Source: a virus
Taxonomy: Duplodnaviria > Caudoviricetes
Virus record (IMG/VR): IMGVR_UViG_3300033555_000018
Coordinates: 1-29,572 of that record
Reading direction: 5' to 3' (one strand)
Length of the DNA: 29,572 nt
Positions 25,105-29,572 of the stretch are shown piece after piece. Positions within the stretch are counted from its first letter, which is position 1. Every line of letters starts with the position of its first letter. Position numbers and translations under genes: made by a program. The notes beneath the pieces are model-generated. The model ran no database searches. It was not told the DNA's origin and saw nothing but the letters and a program-made list of their open reading frames with translations.

Positions 25105-26127
25105 ATGGCAATAGCTTATAACAAAGTTGACATTAGAGGCGTAGCAGCCGAGCCGGTTATCGAAGAGATATTATTCGAGAATCAAACAATCGCTAAAGGC
25201 TTAGTAACATTTGAAACAGATGTAAAAGCTGAAACAATATTTACTGAAGCAAGTGCAACCGCAACTCTTCAAGAGTTTGTTTGTGGCATTCCAACAAGTG
25301 CAGGCGAGTTAAGCGCATTTGATTCAGTAGTAACGCCAAAGAAAGCAATGTTCTACCAAGAATTTTGCCCGGACAATTTGCGTTTCTCACGTTTCAAAAG
25401 AGACATGGCACCAGGTGCATGGAATATGATGAGTTCAGAATTTGAGCGTGTTGTTATTGGTGGCATTTATGCTAAGAAAATGGCATTAGCTTTAGAAAAA
25501 GAGTTTTGGACTGGAGCTACATCAGCAACACAGATAGCTATTGCAGCATTAGTTGCAGGTGCAGGTCAAGGTGCGATTGGAGCAGCAGAAAAAACAGCAG
25601 TAGCAGCCTTAACAGCATCTCAAATTGATGGTATTTTTACCAAAATGTTATACAACGATTCTAACGCTACCAGAACAGCAGGCTTAGGAACACGTATAAA
25701 AGTTGCTGGAGTACCGCTTACAGCATTGAATTTAAAAGCTGAATTTGATAAAATTTATACTGTAATACCAGCGGAGGTTTTAGCAGGTAATGAGCAGCCT
25801 ATCATTTACGCTCCAATGAATCTTAAGCAACTAATCGTAACTGCTAACAATGTTGTTTCAGACTTCAATAAACCATTTACCGTAAACGATGCAAACACAG
25901 AGTTTAGGTTCAATGGAATATTGATTGAGTTTGTACCGATTCCGAATAACTCTGTAATTGTTGCTTTAAAATCTCATTTATTTTGGGTTACTGATTTAGC
26001 GAGTGATAACAACACAATGAAAATTGATAGAATTGCTGAAAACAGAGAAGACATGTTTATCAAATCTGTTTTATCAATTGGCGCTCACGTAGCTAATCAA
26101 AAGTTTAACGTTTTATACGTAGGCTAG
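25105..26127 (+). CDS. Major capsid protein
   Basis: 340 aa directly after the protease, highly-expressed-type codons, followed by a hairpin. Confidence 0.8.
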   Translation: MAIAYNKVDIRGVAAEPVIEEILFENQTIAKGLVTFETDVKAETIFTEASATATLQEFVCGIPTSAGELSAFDSVVTPKKAMFYQEFCPDNLRFSRFKRDMAPGAWNMMSSEFERVVIGGIYAKKMALALEKEFWTGATSATQIAIAALVAGAGQGAIGAAEKTAVAALTASQIDGIFTKMLYNDSNATRTAGLGTRIKVAGVPLTALNLKAEFDKIYTVIPAEVLAGNEQPIIYAPMNLKQLIVTANNVVSDFNKPFTVNDANTEFRFNGILIEFVPIPNNSVIVALKSHLFWVTDLASDNNTMKIDRIAENREDMFIKSVLSIGAHVANQKFNVLYVG

Positions 26128-26135
26128 TCATTAAC

Positions 26136-26157
26136 AGGGAGGTTAACGCCTCCCTTT
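26136..26157 (+). terminator. Hairpin/weak terminator after capsid gene
   Basis: AGGGAGG-TTAACG-CCTCCCT-TT. Confidence 0.65.
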
Positions 26158-26171
26158 AACTAAAATAAATT

Positions 26172-26723
26172 ATGGGATGTGTAACATTATCAGGCTCTAG
26201 GAAATTAGCTTGTGTATCAGGTGAAGCCGGGATATTAGCTATATCGATTGGGGATTACGATTCTTTGAACAGAGTAGTAAAAACAGCTACTGGTGTTGTA
26301 ACTATTTTGCCTACGTATGGATTGACTTCCTTAGCTCGATTAGAAGTAAAATCAACAACTGCAAACTACGTAGAAAACGGAGTAAGCGGAGGCGATAACA
26401 GAAGTAAAGGAGTAACTGGAAATTTACCAGTAATCTTCAATGTACCTAAAGGCGATGCCGTTAAAACGGTAACTAAAATTAAGGAGCTATTAAATGGCGA
26501 GGTGGTTTTATTTATTGAAAGAAAAGATGGGTCTATAACAGTTGCAGGATCTCAAAACGGAGCAATGGCAATCACAGTTGACGATCAAACAGGCGGAACT
26601 ATTGGAGATTTAAACGGTTTTACCGTTACTTTTCAAACTATGGAGCCTGATTTCTCAAGAGAATATTTGCTGACTTCAACAGCTTTAACGCAATATGCGG
26701 CAGCTTTAAAAGTGGTTGATTAA
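26172..26723 (+). CDS. Major tail (tube) protein
   Basis: MGC.L..SR...C..G.AGI N-terminus and TGG.IGDLNGFTVTF...EP pattern; 183 aa. Confidence 0.7.
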   Translation: MGCVTLSGSRKLACVSGEAGILAISIGDYDSLNRVVKTATGVVTILPTYGLTSLARLEVKSTTANYVENGVSGGDNRSKGVTGNLPVIFNVPKGDAVKTVTKIKELLNGEVVLFIERKDGSITVAGSQNGAMAITVDDQTGGTIGDLNGFTVTFQTMEPDFSREYLLTSTALTQYAAALKVVD

Positions 26724-26741
26724 TTTGATTAAATTCTAATG

Positions 26742-26771
26742 AAAAGCCATGCAAATAGTATGGCTTTTTTT
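26742..26771 (+). terminator. Intrinsic terminator
   Basis: AAAAGCCATGC-AAATA-GTATGGCTTTTTTT. Confidence 0.8.
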
Positions 26772-26786
26772 ATATTTTTTTTAAAA

Positions 26787-27110
26787 ATGAAGGTACTTTT
26801 TTTAGATAATCCATTAAAAATTTCATTAATCCCTAGAAAATATCCATTACCAAACGATGTTTTGACCTTAACTCTACGTAAGGAAATGGATGATACCATT
26901 TTAACACCTGTTTTTACTTTTACTGTTGGTCAAAAGTTAGAGTTAACGATCACAACTCAACCTGTACAATTTAAAGTTTTAGACAAATTTGATTTTGAGT
27001 TAAAGAATGGTAGTGAGGTTATTTATTTGGGTAAAATACAAATTCTAAAAAGCGGTACTAATACACAAAATTTTGAATATGGCAGCCAAAATCAAAGATT
27101 CCAATATTAA
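26787..27110 (+). CDS. Small structural protein (start ATG 26787)
   Basis: The ORF-track start spans the terminator; beta-rich 107 aa before the portal. Confidence 0.7.
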   Translation: MKVLFLDNPLKISLIPRKYPLPNDVLTLTLRKEMDDTILTPVFTFTVGQKLELTITTQPVQFKVLDKFDFELKNGSEVIYLGKIQILKSGTNTQNFEYGSQNQRFQY

Positions 27111-28212
27111 AGGTTTGCAAACTTTTGCGTTTGAAGGTAGCGCTGAAAAGTTTTCTGCTTATCAACCTATTGATATTAAACCTAGAAGCGGTATTAGTTG
27201 GATTTTAAACGGTGTTAATAATATCAATTTTAAGACTTACAGAGACGCGTATGATGATAGCCCTAGTAATAGCTCAATTATTAACGATTACGTGGCTTAC
27301 ATATACGGAGAGGGATTAATTGATAGTGTGGAGGGTGGCAAATTAGATCAAATCATCCCGAATGTAGATGCTTACTTGATTTGTCAAGACCTTTACATGT
27401 ACGGAGGTGTGAGCGTTCAAGTTATTTGGAATGAAGAAACTAAAAAGCCTATCATAATTAAACACCTTCCTGTTTACAAATTAGGAGTAAGGTATAATCA
27501 ACAAACAGTTGAAGTTGAGGGTTATTGGTATTGTTATGATTGGAATGATCGCTATAAATACAAGCCTCAATTTTATCCATCTTTTACAGGCATTTACAAA
27601 AAAGGTCAAAACTTAGAAGTTCTATTCATTAGAATGCCAACTCCCGAACCGTTTTTTCCGGTACCATCTTATTTGTCGGGTATTCCATGGGCAAGGGTTG
27701 AAGGTGAATTAGGTAACACGGCAATAAACCATTTTAAAAACGGGCTTGCTGATATTACTGTAATCAATTACAATCAAGGAAGACAGGAAACACCAGAAGC
27801 TGCAAAAGCAGAAGCTGATAAGGTGCGAAGAATGGCAACAGGTTCTAGCAATGCTAGTAACGTAGTTGTATCTTTTAACGATAGCATTGAGGAAGCGGTA
27901 ACGGTTGACAGAATAAGCCCTCCAGACTTAAACCAACAAAATGTTTTTTATGCTGAAGAGGCTGAAAGAAAAATTCAAATAGCTCACGGCATGCCGAGTA
28001 TTTTATTTTCAAATAGCCAAAGTGGAAGCGGATTCTCTAATAATGCCGAAGAATATTCAATGGCTTTAAAAATATTATACAGAAAGAAAATAAATCCTAT
28101 TCGGATGATTTTAACAAGTGGATTAAAAAAGGTTACTGATATTATTAACCCACAAATTATGCCTTGGTTTAAGGATTTTGAAGCAGAGGACACTTTAGAT
28201 AATACTGAATAA
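27079..28212 (+). CDS. Portal protein
   Basis: YDDSPSNSSII...GEG, NHFKNG, GSSNA, IAHGMPSILF, NNAEE. Confidence 0.85.
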   Translation: MAAKIKDSNIKGLQTFAFEGSAEKFSAYQPIDIKPRSGISWILNGVNNINFKTYRDAYDDSPSNSSIINDYVAYIYGEGLIDSVEGGKLDQIIPNVDAYLICQDLYMYGGVSVQVIWNEETKKPIIIKHLPVYKLGVRYNQQTVEVEGYWYCYDWNDRYKYKPQFYPSFTGIYKKGQNLEVLFIRMPTPEPFFPVPSYLSGIPWARVEGELGNTAINHFKNGLADITVINYNQGRQETPEAAKAEADKVRRMATGSSNASNVVVSFNDSIEEAVTVDRISPPDLNQQNVFYAEEAERKIQIAHGMPSILFSNSQSGSGFSNNAEEYSMALKILYRKKINPIRMILTSGLKKVTDIINPQIMPWFKDFEAEDTLDNTE

Positions 28213-28673
28213 TGATTAAACTTTGGTTAAAAGAGAATGATATACCTGCTTTGACATCATTTGCGGGTAATATTGATAGTGATAGTTTGAAGCCTTTTAT
28301 TTTTATATCTCAAACAACGGATTTAAAACGTGTTTTAGGGTTGAAATTATACGATAAAATCAATTTGGAATACATTGCAGGCACTTTAACTGGCAATTAC
28401 AAAATCGTTTTTGATAATTACATCATCGATATGCTTGTTTATTTCAGTTGCTCACATTATATCGCTATGAATAGCAGTAAGGTAAGCAATAACGGCATTG
28501 TAAAACCCGAACAATCAACTGATTTAAAAGAAATAGACAGACTTTCTGCAAGGTATAACAGCCTTGCAAACAATGTGATGCTAAGTTTTCAGGAATACAT
28601 GAAAACGGTAAGCATTACAGAGTATGGCGGTTGTGAAAATAAGGCGAAAACTAACATTATAGGCTGGTACTAA
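28212..28673 (+). CDS. Head-tail adaptor (putative)
   Basis: Helical 153 aa after the portal; VLG.KLYDKI. Confidence 0.6.
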   Translation: MIKLWLKENDIPALTSFAGNIDSDSLKPFIFISQTTDLKRVLGLKLYDKINLEYIAGTLTGNYKIVFDNYIIDMLVYFSCSHYIAMNSSKVSNNGIVKPEQSTDLKEIDRLSARYNSLANNVMLSFQEYMKTVSITEYGGCENKAKTNIIGWY

Positions 28674-29572
28674 TGGCACAGGAAAATTTAAACACATCAA
28701 CCCCTAATAGCGGATTAGGAGATTTTATTAGAAGTGCTTTTATCAAAGTTCAAAACATGTTTACCGAGCTATACGGCAACGTGGTTTTTAAAGTAGCTGG
28801 TAAAGATTTAAGCAAAAACGATTTTACGGACGTTTTAAAAAATAAGTTAGACAATGTTGAAGCTTTTGCACAAGTAAATATTCAATCGGATTTTGCGCAA
28901 ATTGATAATACTCAAAAAGACTTCATAAAAAACAAACCTACGATTCCAGTATTAGCAAACTACGTTTTAAACGGTGGCTATACAGGTACAGCGCAAGACA
29001 TTGTTAATTTAAAAGCTAACGATAATCAAGTAGTTCACTTAGCAGGCATAGAAACGATAACAGGAGCTAAAACTTTTAGTGCAGACGTTCAAATACCTGC
29101 AATACCTTTAAACGCTACATCAGCAGCATCAGTAAGCTACATTGATAACCTTATAACGGGCATAACATGGAAGGCAGCGACAAGAGTTGCAACAACGGCA
29201 AACATTACCTTATCAGGCTTGCAAACCATTGACGCTACAGTTTTAGTTGTAGGTGATAGAGTATTAGTTAAAAATCAAACAACGGCAGTCAACAACGGTA
29301 TTTATTTAGTTTCAGCGGGTGCATGGTCAAGGGCTTTAGATGCCGATTCAGGAACGGAAATTGAAACGGCAACAGTAGCGGTAACTAGCGGAACGGTTAA
29401 CGGTGATACACAATGGACTTGCACAGCAACCGCGGTAACAATAGGTACTACTGCAATAACATTTGGTCAAATATCAGGTGCGGGTACTTATACAAATGGT
29501 TCAGGTTTATCTTTAACAGGAAATGTTTTTGCGGTAACGCCCGCACAGCCTACAATTACAAGTTTAGGTTCT
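28673..29572 (+). CDS. Tail fibre/receptor-binding protein, truncated by window end (not in ORF track)
   Basis: MAQENLN..PNSGLGDFIRSAFIKVQNMFTELY anchor; LSKNDFT; VVHLAGIETITGAKTF; RVATTANITLSGLQTID...GDRVLVKNQ...NGIY. Confidence 0.88.
   Translation, partial: MAQENLNTSTPNSGLGDFIRSAFIKVQNMFTELYGNVVFKVAGKDLSKNDFTDVLKNKLDNVEAFAQVNIQSDFAQIDNTQKDFIKNKPTIPVLANYVLNGGYTGTAQDIVNLKANDNQVVHLAGIETITGAKTFSADVQIPAIPLNATSAASVSYIDNLITGITWKAATRVATTANITLSGLQTIDATVLVVGDRVLVKNQTTAVNNGIYLVSAGAWSRALDADSGTEIETATVAVTSGTVNGDTQWTCTATAVTIGTTAITFGQISGAGTYTNGSGLSLTGNVFAVTPAQPTITSLGS

Larger units (their letters stand above)
1..29572. mobile_element. Temperate tailed phage (siphovirus-like) genome segment, probable Bacteroidota host
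   Basis: Integrase, attP, XRE repressors, recombination and replication genes, terminases, and head and tail genes span the window; no host housekeeping genes seen. Confidence 0.97.

Noticed and set aside
4186-28193. Minus-strand ORFs at 4186, 9406, 10826, 19423, 21082, 21308, 22301, 24144, 24771 and 27984
   Set aside because: All lie antisense to well-supported genes and show no motifs of their own
1-29572. Diversity-generating retroelement, intron/intein or stop-codon recoding
   Set aside because: No reverse transcriptase or template/variable repeat pair seen; core genes are uninterrupted in the standard code, and TAA, TAG and TGA all end genes

Overview
The whole window is about 29.6 kb of an AT-rich temperate siphovirus-like phage genome. 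The host is most likely in Bacteroidota, judged by TAnnTTTG promoters, A-rich start regions, a Gln-after-signal-peptide secreted protein and the integrase type. Left to right it carries: a tyrosine integrase with an intact attP (tRNA-Ser 3' core, three arm repeats on each side, so the DNA looks extrachromosomal or virion-derived); two tandem XRE repressors and a switch region; an early/recombination operon (YopX, RecT-like annealing protein, SSB, PAPS-reductase-like protein, RuvC-like resolvase); a replication module (initiator with internal iterons, DnaB-like helicase, MazG-like protein); terminases; tail genes and tape measure; an opposite-strand moron; prohead protease, capsid, tail tube, portal and adaptor; and a truncated tail fibre. 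The most notable unannotated signals are these. (1) Accessory genes are repeatedly bracketed by short direct repeats lying exactly on start/stop junctions, including a synonymously recoded relic of a tail gene's C-terminus. (2) A two-hairpin leader with complementary loops precedes the replication operon. (3) A five-copy TCCC-TTTAAA box precedes the major operons. (4) There are two candidate small or antisense RNAs. Product calls rest on motif recognition and gene context only; no database searches were run.
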